Origin: Eledone cirrhosa
Taxonomy: Eukaryota
Direction of reading: 5' to 3'
NCBI GenBank assembly: GCA_964016885.1
Contig: OZ024743.1
Span: 275,838,001 to 275,902,000 of the forward strand
DNA length: 64,000 bases
The stretch's first letter is position 1, and each line of letters starts with the position of its first letter. Positions 1 through 12,579 of this stretch are shown one piece after another. The notes below the pieces were generated by a model, which saw only the letters and a list, made by a program, of their open reading frames with translations, was not told where the DNA came from and searched no databases. The translations under genes and the position numbers were made by a program.

Positions 1-2112
1 GACCCTTTTTGCATGCTGAATTCAAAAATACAGTTTATTTTTCTGGGTCAGGTCTGGTTTCTAAGATATAGTCTATTTCTTTTCCAGCATATTTTTCTAA
101 AATATCGCAATCCAAGTGTTTATGGGCTTTGCTTTTGCAAAACCGGGTCGTGGGTAACCTTTAATAATTATTTTTATTTTTAGGTCTAGAAAAATGGATC
201 GGAAGTGTAAAAACCATCCTAATAGGTTCTGTTACATCTGCGGACATGTGGTTCTTCCAGACCGTCAAGCAAAAATCACGGATTTTGTGAAGAAGGCATA
301 TCACGCTTACTTTGGAGTCAAACTAGGGGACCAGGATAAGCTATTCGCTCCCCATATCTGCTGCAAAACATGTGTAGAGAACTTACGGGATTGGAGGAAC
401 AAGAAAAGGAAGAGTATGCCATTTGGTGTCCCAATGGTGTGGAGGGAAGGGAAAGATCACGTTACCGACTGCTACTTTTGCATGACAAATCTAAAAGGCA
501 TCAATCGCAAGAACAAGCACCATGTTCAATACCCTGATGTTCCTTCTGCCATAAAGCCAGTCACCCATGACCCCGATTTTCCTGTTCCTGAGCCAAATGT
601 CACCATGGAATCTAGTTCTGATTCCGAATCTAGTGACATGATTGATACAGCTAAGTGTGATGAATACAGGTCAGAAGAGGACGACCAACCGGTGCCTTTG
701 ACCCAAGCCAAACTCAATGACCTGACACGAGACCTGAACCTTTCGAAGGAGTCTGCCCAGCTACTGGGTTCTCGTCTTCGAGAGAAACGTCTACTGGCGC
801 CAGGAACAACATTCTATTGGTATCGGGACTGCGAGAGAGAATTTAGAAAATTCTTCATGTTTGATGAAGCATCTTCACTGGTCTACTGTAGCAATATTGT
901 TGACCTGCTTGAATTACTTGGTCTGAAGTATGATGCTATGGAATGGAGACTTTTCATTGACTCATCTAACAGAAGTCTCAAAGCAGTTCTTCTGAATATC
1001 GGAAACAAGTTTTCATCGATCCCTGTTGGGCACTCAGTTGAAATGAAAGAATCCCACAAAAGCATGGAACGTCTGTTGTCTGCTCTGAACTACCAGAAAC
1101 ATAAATGGTTGATCTGTGGAGATCTTAAAGTTGTTGGACTCATCCTAGGACTTCAAGGTGGTTACACAAAGTATCCATGCTTTCTGTGCTTATGACCAGC
1201 ATTATGTCAGACAAGAGTGGCCATTAAGACAAGGATTAAAACCTGGATCACACAACGTTTTGTCCCACCCTCTGGTTGAACCGAGCAAGATATTGCTTCC
1301 AACCCTCCACACCAAACTCGGTCTCATGAAGAACTTTGTAAAGGCATTGGACAGGGAAGGTGGAGAATTTGCTTTCCTCCATCAGAAGTTTCAACGAAAA
1401 AGCATGGAGAAAATTAAGGCAGGTATATTTGATGGTCCTCAAATAAGGGAACTCATCAAGGATACTAGTTTTGATGATGCACTGAATCCTGCTGAACTCT
1501 CTGCCTGGTTGTCCCTTAAGTCAGTCATTGCAAACTTCCTTGGCAACCACAGAAGTTCCCAGTATCAGAAGGTGGTTGATGAGTTAATGGAGAATTTCCG
1601 CCAACTTGGTGCGCGCGTGTCAGTGAAAATGCACTTCCTCCGGTCTCATCTGGACTATTTTCCAGAGAATTGTGGAGACTTCAGTGAAGAACATGGTGAG
1701 CGCTTTCACCAATATATCAGTGTTATGGAGGAACGCTATCAAGGCTGATGGGATGTCAACTTTCTGGCCGACTACTGCTGGTGCCTAAAGAGGGATGCGC
1801 AGTCTGCTCAGCACAAACGGAAGTCCCTGAAGAGACCATTCATCCATGAGTAGCTTCCTTAGTTCATTATACTCTTCTTGCTATCTATTCAAAATATTTT
1901 GTAAGCCTTCTGTGAATAAATCAGTCTAATATTTTCAATATTGCGTTTTATTCACCTACAAATAGATCGGAATTTAGGATATTTTTAATGTGCTAATATT
2001 TCATTAACCTGATCTGATTGAGTAAAATGAGCATGATTTTTGGATTCAGTGCAAAAAACTGGCCTAAAATCATGTATTATATGTTAGACCTTGAAAACAT
2101 CGCAGACCAGTG
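1..2112 (+). mobile_element. Chapaev3-like (CMC superfamily) DNA transposon; left end lies outside the window
   Basis: Right terminus ...GCAGACCAGTG (2112) followed by TTA. Subterminal inverted similarity between TTTTTGCATGCTGAATTCAAAAA (6-28) and TTTTTGGATTCAGTGCAAAAA (about 2037-2057). Internal transposase, a 5'UTR acceptor (tttttag, 183) and AATAAA at 1915-1920. Confidence 0.8.
194..1853 (+). pseudogene. Disrupted Chapaev3-type transposase (N-terminal Cys-rich zinc-binding region, DDE core)
   Basis: Motifs FCYICG, GDQDK.FAPHICC, PMVWRE...DCYFC, WRLFIDSS, ICGDLKV, GYTKYPCFLC, KMHFL.SH, SEEHGERFHQ. Frameshift at about 1193 between the two track ORFs. An in-frame TGA at 1746-1748 (probably from CGA) is followed by WDVNFLADYCWCLKRD...HE* ending at 1853. 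Confidence 0.85.
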
Positions 2113-2854
2113 TTATTTATGTAATCAGCACACTAGCAGTAATTTAGTTACAAGGCCAGCAATTTGAGGGGAGTGGAAGTTGATTATATTGACTGTAGTG
2201 CTTGATTATATCGACCCACCCAGAAATATGATGATGATGATGACAACGATGATTTCTAATTTAGGCAAATAATAATGTATTTATTTATTTATTTATTAGG
2301 CACGAGACCCTCTGGGATGTGTTGTCAAATATAATTGGAGCATGAATTAACTATAGATATTAATTATTCATCAACATCAGTGATAACTAACTTGTGAGTC
2401 ATAAGTCTCTATCTGTCTCTTTCAACTTTTTTCATCCATTACAACATCATAGACTAGACAAGACACTAATTAAAACATTTCAGCCTACCAGGAGATCAGT
2501 AGCTCTGCTTCAGTACTGACTTGGTCTATGTAAACCCATCCAACCCTTGTTTGTAAAGAAAACAGATGTTAAACGATGACGATGATACTGGCTCTGGTTC
2601 TAAGAAACAAAACCACCCATTTTAAAGGGTTGCTATCTAAATTAAAATTTTAGCATATGTTAAGTTGCTAAGTTATGTTGTCATGGACTGGCATCCTGTC
2701 CAGGGGGAAGTCATATACTCTCAGTCGCTTCATACCATGGAAACCAGGATAAGCACTGGCCTCGTTACTCAAGACAGGGTTAGGGTTAGAGACTTTAGAT
2801 ATGTTAAGTTATTATCTCAGTAATAAAATGATTCACGATTTTATTAAATCCCTC

Positions 2855-3165
2855 AAAATTCTTCTTGCCCACTTACTCCAGAGAGGGCTGAGGAGGGGGC
2901 AGAATCTTCAGTCACATCCTCTTAGAAGCAACTATCTATCCCCAAGCAAGACCAACAGAGCTTATAGATGTTATCTGACCATCGTGCACATCTGAGTTTC
3001 CTGCTACTTAGTTGGCTTTGCCAGTAAAATCTGTCCAGCAATTCTTTCCTTAGACATTCTAACTCCATGCCCGTAGTACCAGAGTTGTGATCTCTCAGTG
3101 TGAAGAAGCAAGACATGGTCTTCCAACTCATCTAAGAAAGCAGCAACTCTGACAAAAACTGACAG
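2855..3165 (-). mobile_element. Decayed RTE-clade LINE 3' fragment
   Basis: Minus-strand frames give YYG..VRMSKERIAGQILLAKPT and RWSDNIYKLCWSCLG. Same family as 7860-8225, in opposite orientation. Confidence 0.65.
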
Positions 3166-3368
3166 ACATGGTCTGTAACAACCCCAGCCAATCCATGTCA
3201 GAAGAAAAAATAAAACAAGTAGAGAATATTGATGCAGACCTTGTTTAATGAATCCACCTATTATCCAGTTGGCATCAGTGGTTAGTCATAGTTAAACCTT
3301 CATGATTAGCCATGGGGTTTCAGAATCACAAAATTTGTTTCACTTTTTAATTCTCTTTCATTATTTTG

Positions 3369-3541
3369 GGTGGTGGATTGGCAGTATCGGTAGAGGGTCA
3401 GACACCATGCTTTGCAGCACAGTTACGTCCCTTTACGAACTGAGTTCACATCCCGTCAAGGTTAACTTGCAGGGTCGATAAAATACAGTACCAGTAATGT
3501 ACTGATAATTGCTGGCCTTGTGCCAAAAGTAGAAACAATTA
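3369..3541 (+). mobile_element. tRNA-derived SINE family A
   Basis: A-box-like TGGCAGTATCGG, B-box-like GAGTTCACATCC, body GGGTCGATAAAATACAGTACCAGT, tail GGCCTTGTGCCAAAAGTAGAAACAATT. Many copies in the window. Confidence 0.8.
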
Positions 3542-3794
3542 TTTTTACATCCACTTTTCCATGCTGGCATGGGTTGGACAAAACATCTTTTTTTTTAAAG
3601 CAGTTTTTTCTATGGCAAGATGTCGTTCCTGATGCCTAGCACCCCATAGATTATTTTATGTGGTATACACAGCTGACCTTTGTTGTACTAACAAGCTGTA
3701 GATAGAACATATTGTTTATGTGGGATAAATAATATACTTTATACAGTGTCAATATAAAGACATGAGGTGACACACACACACACATATATGATGG

Positions 3795-3945
3795 TCTTCC
3801 TCACAGTTTCTATCAACCAGATTCACTCATTAGTCCACCTGAAGTTATACAGTAGAAGACACTTGTCCAAGGTGCCTTGAAGTAGGATGGAACCTGAAAC
3901 CATGTAGCTATGAGGAAAACGTCTTAACAACACAGCCATGTCCTA
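3795..3945 (-). mobile_element. tRNA-derived SINE family D (other copies about 16385-16520, 35340-35730, 39630-39780, 63620-63770)
   Basis: Head GG(A/C)CATGGCTGTG..GTTAAG and CORE-like CCTTGG.CAAGTGTCTTCT recur at the listed positions. Confidence 0.6.
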
Positions 3946-3989
3946 TACATATATGTATTGTGTATGTATGGTCCTATAACTCCTAACTC

Positions 3990-4350
3990 TTAAGAGTCAA
4001 TGGCCATCCAAAATCACCGGAAGAGATGACCCCTTAGCCTTTTTCAAGGCAGAATTCTAGGAGAAGGAAAACTCTGATATAACACCTGCAACCCTGATGG
4101 TATCCAATGATGTTGACTTGTTGTTCTTTTTGGTAAATATCATCTTGGTTAAGAGAGTGGGACTGGCTTTGTGCAGTGCCTTTGCTCACTATAAAAGCTT
4201 CACGGCACAGGCATTGCTTTATATCTGGAGATCTCTCTGCACTTGTCGTCACATGGTACCATGGGCCCAGCACTATGTGTCAATAATTGTCACAGGTGTA
4301 GTGTTTGTACCAGAGTTTTCAAGTCGCTGGCTGGACTAAAAAGTCATGGA
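3990..4350 (+). mobile_element. Decayed LINE (RTE/BovB-like) 3' fragment with C-terminal C2H2-like motif
   Basis: The frame at 4243-4428 reads CSVCTRVFKSLAGLKSH, a terminal zinc-finger-like motif of RTE ORFs. Upstream sequence is broken by stops. Confidence 0.45.
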
Positions 4351-4969
4351 TTTAAAGTAGTGGCCGTACTCGAAAACGAGTTGGCAGCCACCATAACTCC
4401 TAATAGAGTTGTAGGGGCACTGTATTGACATCCAGAGTTTCTTAGGCATTTTAAGTCTGGGGGAGCCCATCCCTCTCCAGGCCTGAGTACAGCAGATTTC
4501 TTCCAGTCAAAGGAAAAAATCGACCCCAGTACTAGACTGGTACTCTTTTTTTATCAGCCTCAAAAGGATGAAAGGCTGGAGAGCAAGGAGCTGGAACGAA
4601 TACCATAAAGCATTCTATATCCAATGTTCTAACAACTCTGCCAATTCGCCTATATACATATATATATTTTTTTTTAAATCATTAAAAACATTTTATTTTA
4701 TTAAAACTATCAGTTAATCCACCCAAATAGGTCAAGTTAACTGGTAGTATTAGTAATGTGGGTAACAATCAAATGGGAGAGAAAAATAAAAGCAAAATTG
4801 GGGAGGAAGAAACAAACAAAAAGAAGAAAAAAATTTGAACATTAACAAAATCTTAATAAGAGATGCCACTTTTAATGGTGTATTTCAAATATTCAAATTT
4901 ACATAATTAATTAATTAATCAGTGAGTTCATCATGCTGAGAAAACAGCGGAGGAGGATGGGAGGGCAAA

Positions 4970-5002
<33 letters not shown>

Positions 5003-5011
5003 AAATTTAAA

Positions 5012-5051
<40 letters not shown>

Positions 5052-5944
5052 TAAAATAACTAGAACTAATGAAATGACTGCTAGCTGGTCAGAACTACAA
5101 ATAATTGAGGTGAAAGTTATTAAACTAATGATGACGATGATGGTGTTAGCTTTTCAAGTGTTATTATTATCATTATTATTATAATTTTGGGTGTGGTGTA
5201 GTAGTAGTAGTAGTAGTAGTAGTAGTAACAAAGCCAACACTGGATGCAGTGGAGTAGTTCAAAAAGATTCATGCTCACCCATAATATGAAGCTGATTTTC
5301 TCCAGAATTCATAAAATTCTGGATTTCTGGCTAATTCTGGAAAAATGGCATCTCTATTTAAGAAATAAATAATCTTTGTTAAAATAATCTCCATTTCTGT
5401 GTGTGCATATGTAGTAGTAGTGTGTATGCATGTGTTCAAATGAATGTATCCAAATATAATATTATTAGTACTACTACTATTATAAATAAGGATTTTTTTA
5501 ATTGGTGACTAGGGCCCAACACATGGAGGACAATACAATAAATATATAGGGACACTAGGGATTTACATGCCCCTGCTTATTGTAATGTTTTGAATGTTTT
5601 TCACCCTAATGGTCAATAAAGAAATTATTATTATTATTATTATTGTTATTGTTGTTGTTATTTCTTTCAATTCATCCATGCTACATTCCTAGTAATACTA
5701 CCTGTTATTTTATGTGAGTCTGTTTGGCAAGTATTATCATTTGTAATTGTTTGTTAAAAGAAAATAACATTATTTAGAGATATATACAGATTTTCCAAAT
5801 ACAAAAACACATACACCAATTGCAATAAACACAAACAGTACATGCGTTTATTATTAGAAGATGACTCTACCAAAATACAAGATTTTGTTAATATTTAAAC
5901 CTACATGTCAAAACAAGAGGATACCAACTCAGTTAAATAATGTG

Positions 5945-6001
<57 letters not shown>

Positions 6002-6004
<3 letters not shown>

Positions 6005-6121
6005 TGTTTCTACTTTAGGCACATGGCCAGCAATTATCCAGTGCATTACTGGTACTTTATTTTATTGACCCCATAAGGATGAAAGGCAAAGTCAACCTCG
6101 GCGGGATTTGAACTCAGATCG
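6002..6121 (-). mobile_element. SINE family A, 5'-truncated (similar copies 8536-8635, 20440-20557, 27295-27405)
   Basis: Reverse complement of the family A body and tail, ending at the B box. Confidence 0.75.
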
Positions 6122-6748
6122 TGTGTGTGTATATAATGTAAGTATGTATGTATGTATGTATGCATGTATATATGTATATGTTCTGATTGAAATATTTCTG
6201 GTCTGCACACCCAACAGCATGACCCATTCCTTCAGAATATCCCACTACACAGCTTCATGTATATCTGATAAACCAGAAATAGTCAAATTTTCCTTAAATT
6301 ACATTGCACAATATAGTGGTGGTCGTGGTGGTAGCGAATAATGATGATGAGGAGGAGAAAGAAGAGAATCCTATTATTTTGAGAAAAAAATCTATCTAAT
6401 GTGGCAGGTGTATCAAGAGGAACACCATAAGAATACATCTGGCCTAAAACTTTAAAGGTCTAAGTTTGCAGTAGGTTAAATACTTTTGATGTCAAACATC
6501 CACTGGTTCTATGATGAAAAACTGTTTGTTTTGAAGTGTTTCTTGTATATATTTCGGTATAAACTCGAACATGCTATTTTATGTCTGAGAAATAGGCAAA
6601 AATCCAAACCCCATTTATAAGCACACACACACACCCCAAAATTTCACCATCGATCTGTTGGTCACATATTCCTCAGCTTATTTTCGAGTATATATAAGTT
6701 TAATTTGGTAATAATGTTTGTTAAGATATATTCCAAACGTTAGCTTAA

Positions 6749-6968
6749 CCCTTTAGCATTTACATTACTCTATATTTACAATTATATTTTCATGGTAAAG
6801 GCTTTATTTCACATTATTATCTCACATAATATCGAATCTAAGAGATTTTGTTATTAATTATTTTGAGAACAATACTTTAACATCAGTATGAGTGCCCAGT
6901 TATAGCTCAGTTTGAACAGAAAGAGGTGAGAGGATTCAGGTGATACAGCTGATTTAAATGCTAAAGGG
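6749..6968. mobile_element. piggyBac-like MITE family 1 (about 220 bp)
   Basis: TTAA on both sides and 14-bp TIR CCCTTTAGCATTTA/TAAATGCTAAAGGG. Confidence 0.85.
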
Positions 6969-7859
6969 TTAATAATGAAAAGGTTAGTTATATTTCCAAA
7001 TTCCTTGGTTAGTAATAACTGTAATGTTGTTTATTTTATCTAAATTGTTATTGGATGAGCTTTTTTATAAAAACATTTAATGTCAGTTTGTTTTTGAAAA
7101 TAATCTCCAAATTTCTTAATTATTTTCAACATTATTTGAAAACAATAGGCAGTGTATTTCTTGAAAAATTTGATAAAGAGAGGATTAATATCATACACTA
7201 CAAGTGGGATGTTTCTGGAGGTAACTGGTCAAATTTACAGATCAACATTAGAGGTAAAGAACATAAGTATGTTACCAAAAATTGTGTTCAATAAAAGAAG
7301 CATGCAACCATTATTTATAGTAAAAGCATGTGGTTTAGTAATTAGGGTATCTATCTGATGATTATAAGGTCATAGATTCATTGGCTTGACTAGGTAGCAC
7401 ATTGTATCATTGAGCAAGGAATTTCATTTCACGCTGTTCCTGTCCACTAAGATGAAATTTAATAACAGCAGCAGTTTGGGATCAACCTTCTGATGGATTT
7501 GTGTTCCATCCAAAGGAGGAGAGTGTTGTACTCTCAGTCAATTAATGCTACTTGAAATCAGAGTAAATTCCAGGCAGATATGCGATAAGAATTGGGAAAT
7601 CCTTTGATTTATTCATTAGCTGCACTAATTTTCTATGTATGATACTGCTCTAGTAATAAAACATTAATTGTGAATAATTTAGAAAGAAGTCATATATAGG
7701 TATGTTCACAAAGTGTTGTTATCTTAAGAGAAAATAAACCTTTAAAATCAAAACGAAATTATATACAGCATTTCCAGTTTTTTCATTTACATCAATGTAA
7801 AGTGAAGAAATGATAGTAAAACAAAAATTTGAATCTTATTTTAAACATTCAGATTAGAT

Positions 7860-8225
7860 AAAGCAATTCTCCCTGTGAAAACTAGAAGCCTTCACAGTGC
7901 ACTCTATATGTGAATGGAGTAACATTACTCAATAGAGTGTATAGCTCAGAGATCAGAGAGTAGAGCTGCTACTTCTCTGAATGGAGAGATCACAGCTCTG
8001 GTACTATGGGCATGTGGTTAGAATGTCTCAGGAAAGAATCGCTGAACAGATTTTACAGACAAAACTAACTGGCAGGAAACCCAGAGGTAGACCCCGAGCA
8101 AGATGGTTGGATAACATCCATGAGCTCAGCTGGTCACGCTTGGGGATCCAGCCAGATTAGTTAGAGACAGTTGCTTCTGACAGGACCCACTGGAGGGAGT
8201 GTTTGAGGACCCCGCCCCCACGAAT
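7860..8225 (+). mobile_element. Decayed RTE-clade LINE 3' fragment
   Basis: Translates MERSQLWYYGHVVRMSQERIAEQILQTKLTGRKPRGRPRARWLDNIHELSWSRLG, the typical RTE C-terminal W.GHV.RM...GRPR.RW.D motif. Confidence 0.8.
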
Positions 8226-8708
8226 AAGTGGGAGAAGGAAAAGAAGAAGAAGAAGAACAGCAACAATAACAACTCTTCCCTATTCAGTATTCCCCCTTTT
8301 TTTTCCATTAAAAAAAGAACATATCAAGAATTTTATCTGAAACAGTGTTCATGTTTGTGTATAAATATATAAGATAAAGAGACAGGTAGTGAAGAAGGGG
8401 GACAGGGATGATCATAAAGAGTTTATCAATGAGGGGATTATAGAAAAATTGAATTAAGGATATTTATGAATGAACATTAAAAAGAATATATATATATATA
8501 TATATATTGTTACTAGCTCAATGCTATTTTATATAATTGTTTCTACGTTAGACACAAGGCCAGCAATTACCCAGTGCATTACTGGTACTTTATTTTATCG
8601 ACCCCGTAAGGATGAAAGGCAAAGTTAACCTTGAATCAACATATCTTTTGATATTTTCTCAAATCACTGTTATTCGACCATGAATTTACTGTGTGTGTGT
8701 ACATATAA

Positions 8709-8755
<47 letters not shown>

Positions 8756-9506
8756 TATCGCTAGTTTAACCCGATGGTCAATTTTTTTATTTCATACGAT
8801 TTCTATAAAAAGTTTTTTTTAATTTTTTTTTTTTAATGGGTGTAGGACATTTTAATCGGTGAGAGGCAGTGACCAGTGAGACGATATAGGGTTTTAATAA
8901 ATCATTCGGTAACGAGACTTATTTGTATTTCTATTTGTTCGAAGGCGTAAAAATTTGTTTTTTAAAGTAATTAAAAGTACAAAAGAGCATTTTAAAAACA
9001 GGGGGAGGGGAGCCATAGCCGATGTAGTTAGTAACTAAAAAAAAAATAATAATTGAAACAAAATTTTTTGATGTCAAATATGCAATGCATTAAACAAAAT
9101 ATGTCAGAACAAACTTAAATGGAAAGAAAAAAATAATTCAAGGGAAATTACTTTTGTTAGTAGAGCAGGAGTTATTTCCCTTGATATATAGTGCTTGCTA
9201 TAGTCGATATTATTATATATATATATATATATATATATTTTATTTATTTATTTATTTAAATGGCGTCTTCGTAAGAGAGCAATACTCGATAATATTCAAG
9301 CTGTAACAATAATTGCCTTTTTATCGGAAACATTTTCATAAAAATTCTTTCAATCGAAATATATAAGAAAATCAAATTCAAAAACAAAATCGATCACTGT
9401 CAACACTTCCGCAAAATCTGTTACCTTTCCTTGTCAAGTTTATATATAATTGCTCTACTAAAAATAGACTGGGTGAGGTATATATAATACTCTAAAACAT
9501 TATTAA

Positions 9507-10140
9507 CCCTTTCGTCTGAAGACTACTACTCTACTGCTACCCTAATATGTCGTCTGTCTTGTGGTCCCGGTCGACAGAATGTAGAAAACATTGCTTGAGA
9601 GGACGGGAGACGCGCTGAAATAGCGACTCCAACTCGCGGGCTCGTGCCTGCCGGTAGCCAACTCCGCTCTGATAGCAGTGAACAGAATCAGACATCAGTG
9701 TAACACCGACTACTGCAGACCAGAAGTGTGTTATTAATGCTCATCTGTGCTGCGGCTATGATTTCATTTCTTTTTTTTTTTCCTTTCGTGACATTCTTTC
9801 ACTTGTTTATTATAATTATTATTTGTTTTAAACCCAGTGCAACCACGCACCGAATATTGATTGCCCAAACGAACGTTTAGCCAGTAAGCTTCTGCTCTAC
9901 TCTGTAAATCTGGGTTGGGAAAAATCATGTTTATTTAAGAAAATCTCTAAGTCGTTTCCACCCAAACTGTAATCTCTAGGTGTATTACGAAATGAAGACT
10001 TTTTTTTTCCTTTGAATTATTTTTAAGGTCTGACAATTCAGCATTTCTATTTATATATTTCGTGACACTTACCGAAAGTCTCGCGAAATTTACTTTTTTT
10101 TTTTTATGTAAATAAGCCAATGTGAAAAGTTTGGAAAGTT
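9507..10140 (+). mobile_element. Possible piggyBac-derived fragment (CpG-rich)
   Basis: Begins TTAA|CCCTTTCG, and CpG density at 9550-9760 is well above the flanks. No matching right TIR found. Confidence 0.3.
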
Positions 10141-10167
10141 ATGACCTAAGATAATAACAATAATAAT

Positions 10168-10800
10168 AATTGTTTCTACTTTTGGCACAAGGCCAGCAAT
10201 TACGCAGTACATTGCTGGTACTTTATTTTCTCGACCCCGTAAGGATGAAGGTTAACTTCGGCGGGATTTGAACTCAGAATGGCAAGGGCCGTAACTCTGC
10301 GTCAAAGCATGGTGTCCGACCCTCTACCGATACTACCAATAATGATTTCTAATTTGTGCACAAGGCCAGCACTGTGCGAGAAGGGAAAAGTCAATTAAAC
10401 CGACCCAACTACTGGACTGGTAATTTATTTTATCGACCCTCGAAAGGATGTAAAACAAAGATGAGCTCGGTGGGTGTTGAACCCAGAACGTAATGAACTA
10501 TAACTAAATACCACCCCAGTACGCAAAGCCTCAACTTTTTGGTATTTTATTTTACCTACTCTGGAAAGATGAAAGACAAAGTCGACCCCAGTGGGATTTG
10601 GACTCAAGTTTGTCGACCTTGCAGTGGGCTCTGGAAACTGATCATTGAGCTGTGATCAATCAGGTGAACGACAACAAACCTGAGACCAACTCATATACAA
10701 GAAGAAGAAGCGGGATTTGAACCCAGAACATAAAGGGGTGTAATTAAATACAGCATGGCATTTCATCTTCTTACTCAAATAAATCTGCTAAATACCTTAC
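10168..10800 (-). mobile_element. Cluster of SINE family A copies (one near full length at 10168-10340, plus older fragments)
   Basis: Repeated TCGACCCCGTAAGGATGAA and GGGATTTGAACTCAGAA motifs. Confidence 0.7.
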
Positions 10801-11662
10801 AATAGTAACAACAATTTTTAACATAAGCATAAGGCCAGAAATTTGGAGAGGGGAGGGTCTTGACTGTTACTTTATGTTATCAACCCTGGATGGGTAAAAG
10901 GTAGCACATGGCCACAGATTTTGTGGATGAGCAGAGTCGGTTCAACTGACAAATCACAATAGGCTCACCATCTTCAGGTGGATGAAAAGTAAATATCAAT
11001 CCTACCAGGATTTGATATTTGTAGATGGTTAAAGGTTTTGTACATATATATAGTGCACGGCATCAGTGACATAGCAAGTAACAAAGGCTCTCAGTGCCTG
11101 GGGGATCAAAGATATTTTTCCCCCTCTCCCATTAATTAACAGGCATGGCAGGCCAAAGGAAATGCTGTGTTTCTTCATACCTGAGATCGAGAGAGACTGC
11201 CCCCTCACTTTACCTCTGCAAGGCATATAGTTAGATCTGACACCACTACCCCCTTCTGCTTTCAATGGAAATTGTAAGGACCCATTACTCCTGCTGGAGT
11301 CATGGGCATTTTAAACCTAGTAGAGCCCATCTCTCCAGGTCTGAATACAGCTGATTTCTTCAAGAGAAAGAAGGGAAGAGAGGAAGTGAGAAAGAGATGG
11401 GGGTGGGGGGTCTACCCAGTACTAGACTGGTAGTCTTTTTATCAACCTCAAAAGGATGAAAGGCAAAGTTGACCGTGGCAGGATTGGAACCCAGAGAATG
11501 CAGAGGTCCAAAACTGATACCTCAGAGCATTCTATTTGATATTCTAATAACTCTGCCAATTTGCTGCCTTGAATGGAAATTACTGGTAATGATAACAAAA
11601 GACAAAACAAAACAAAGAAAAGCAATAAGACATAAGAATATTTGTGTTAATTAGTTAATTAC

Positions 11663-11869
11663 CGATGATTATCTTGACTATGTGACATCACTTCCTGTTT
11701 TGGTCCTGCAGTGACAATTGCTGGATGGGGTATTCCTGGATGCGGTAAGCCTGGTGGTGGTAAAAGACTGGGTGGACCAAATCGTGTTAACGGGGATGTG
11801 TTGATTATTGACGGTGGATAAGGCCCGGAAAAGGCACCTGAGGACATAGGATAACCTGGAGGTCTTTGC
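11663..11869 (-). CDS. TCF7L2: TCF/LEF internal coding exon C, 207 nt, phase 2 to 2: (W)QRPPGYPMSSGAFSGPYPPSIINTSPLTRFGPPSLLPPPGLPHPGIPHPAIVTAGPKQEVMSHSQDNH(R)
   Basis: Acceptor ctgttattgcag|G and donor CATCG|gtaatt. Contains the diagnostic TCF motif GIPHPAIVT...KQE that lies just before the HMG box, and is in frame with exon B. Confidence 0.93.
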
Positions 11870-12385
11870 CTGCAATAACAGAATCATTAGCACATGTATA
11901 TGTATGTATAAAAGGTAAATAAGTTGAGAAATCAACTTAGTAGAGAAATGTCAAGAAGATTTAAAGCTCAACGTGTGTGTATGATCAGCAAATATTTAGA
12001 ATATATTCATCCAAGGTGTACTCCATAGGGTAAAAATATCCAAAATAATTGTACAAATATAAAAATCACAGAACATTCATGATAAATAATAATATAACCA
12101 AAAGTCTAAGGAGAATTATAACATTTTGTTAAAATTACCCCATAACCTTTGGTTGTGGGTAAGAGATGTCTTCTCTTGTGAAAATGAGTATAGCTGTCAT
12201 CGTGTAAAATTTCCCCACTTTGCCTCATTTCTCCCTGTTTAGGGGCACTTTTTTCATGTTTAAGTTTTTAGGGGCTGCCAGGTAAGAGATGTCAACATGA
12301 ATGGACCTGTTATTTCTATCTAAAGACATTTTTCCCAATTTCAACCTACCCGTCCCCTCAATTAAATATCTTATTTCTTATTCTT

Positions 12386-12505
12386 TCTTCCGATGAAGGA
12401 GTAGCATCTGAAACGTTAAGACCCTCTTCCTATTATTTCAAGCCTTAACCTAATATATTCCTTCCATATACTGTACCAATTGTGTTGTTATTTCTGTTTA
12501 TCTTT
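12386..12505 (+). repeat. Dispersed repeat with degenerate minimal hammerhead-ribozyme motif (Penelope-like terminal repeat remnant?)
   Basis: TCTT-CCGATGA-AGGAGTAGCATCT-GAAAC-GTT-AAGA followed by TTCAAGCCTTAACCTAATA. Homologues at about 40886, 41082, 41975 (-) and 49105 (-). Confidence 0.55.
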
Positions 12506-12537
12506 TACATACATACATATTTGTGTGTGTGTGGACA

Positions 12538-12579
<42 letters not shown>

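Noticed and set aside
1-11662. TCF HMG-box exon (HIKKPLNAFML...)
   Set aside because: Searched by eye on the minus strand and not found. It probably lies beyond the window start, and a very small exon could have been missed.
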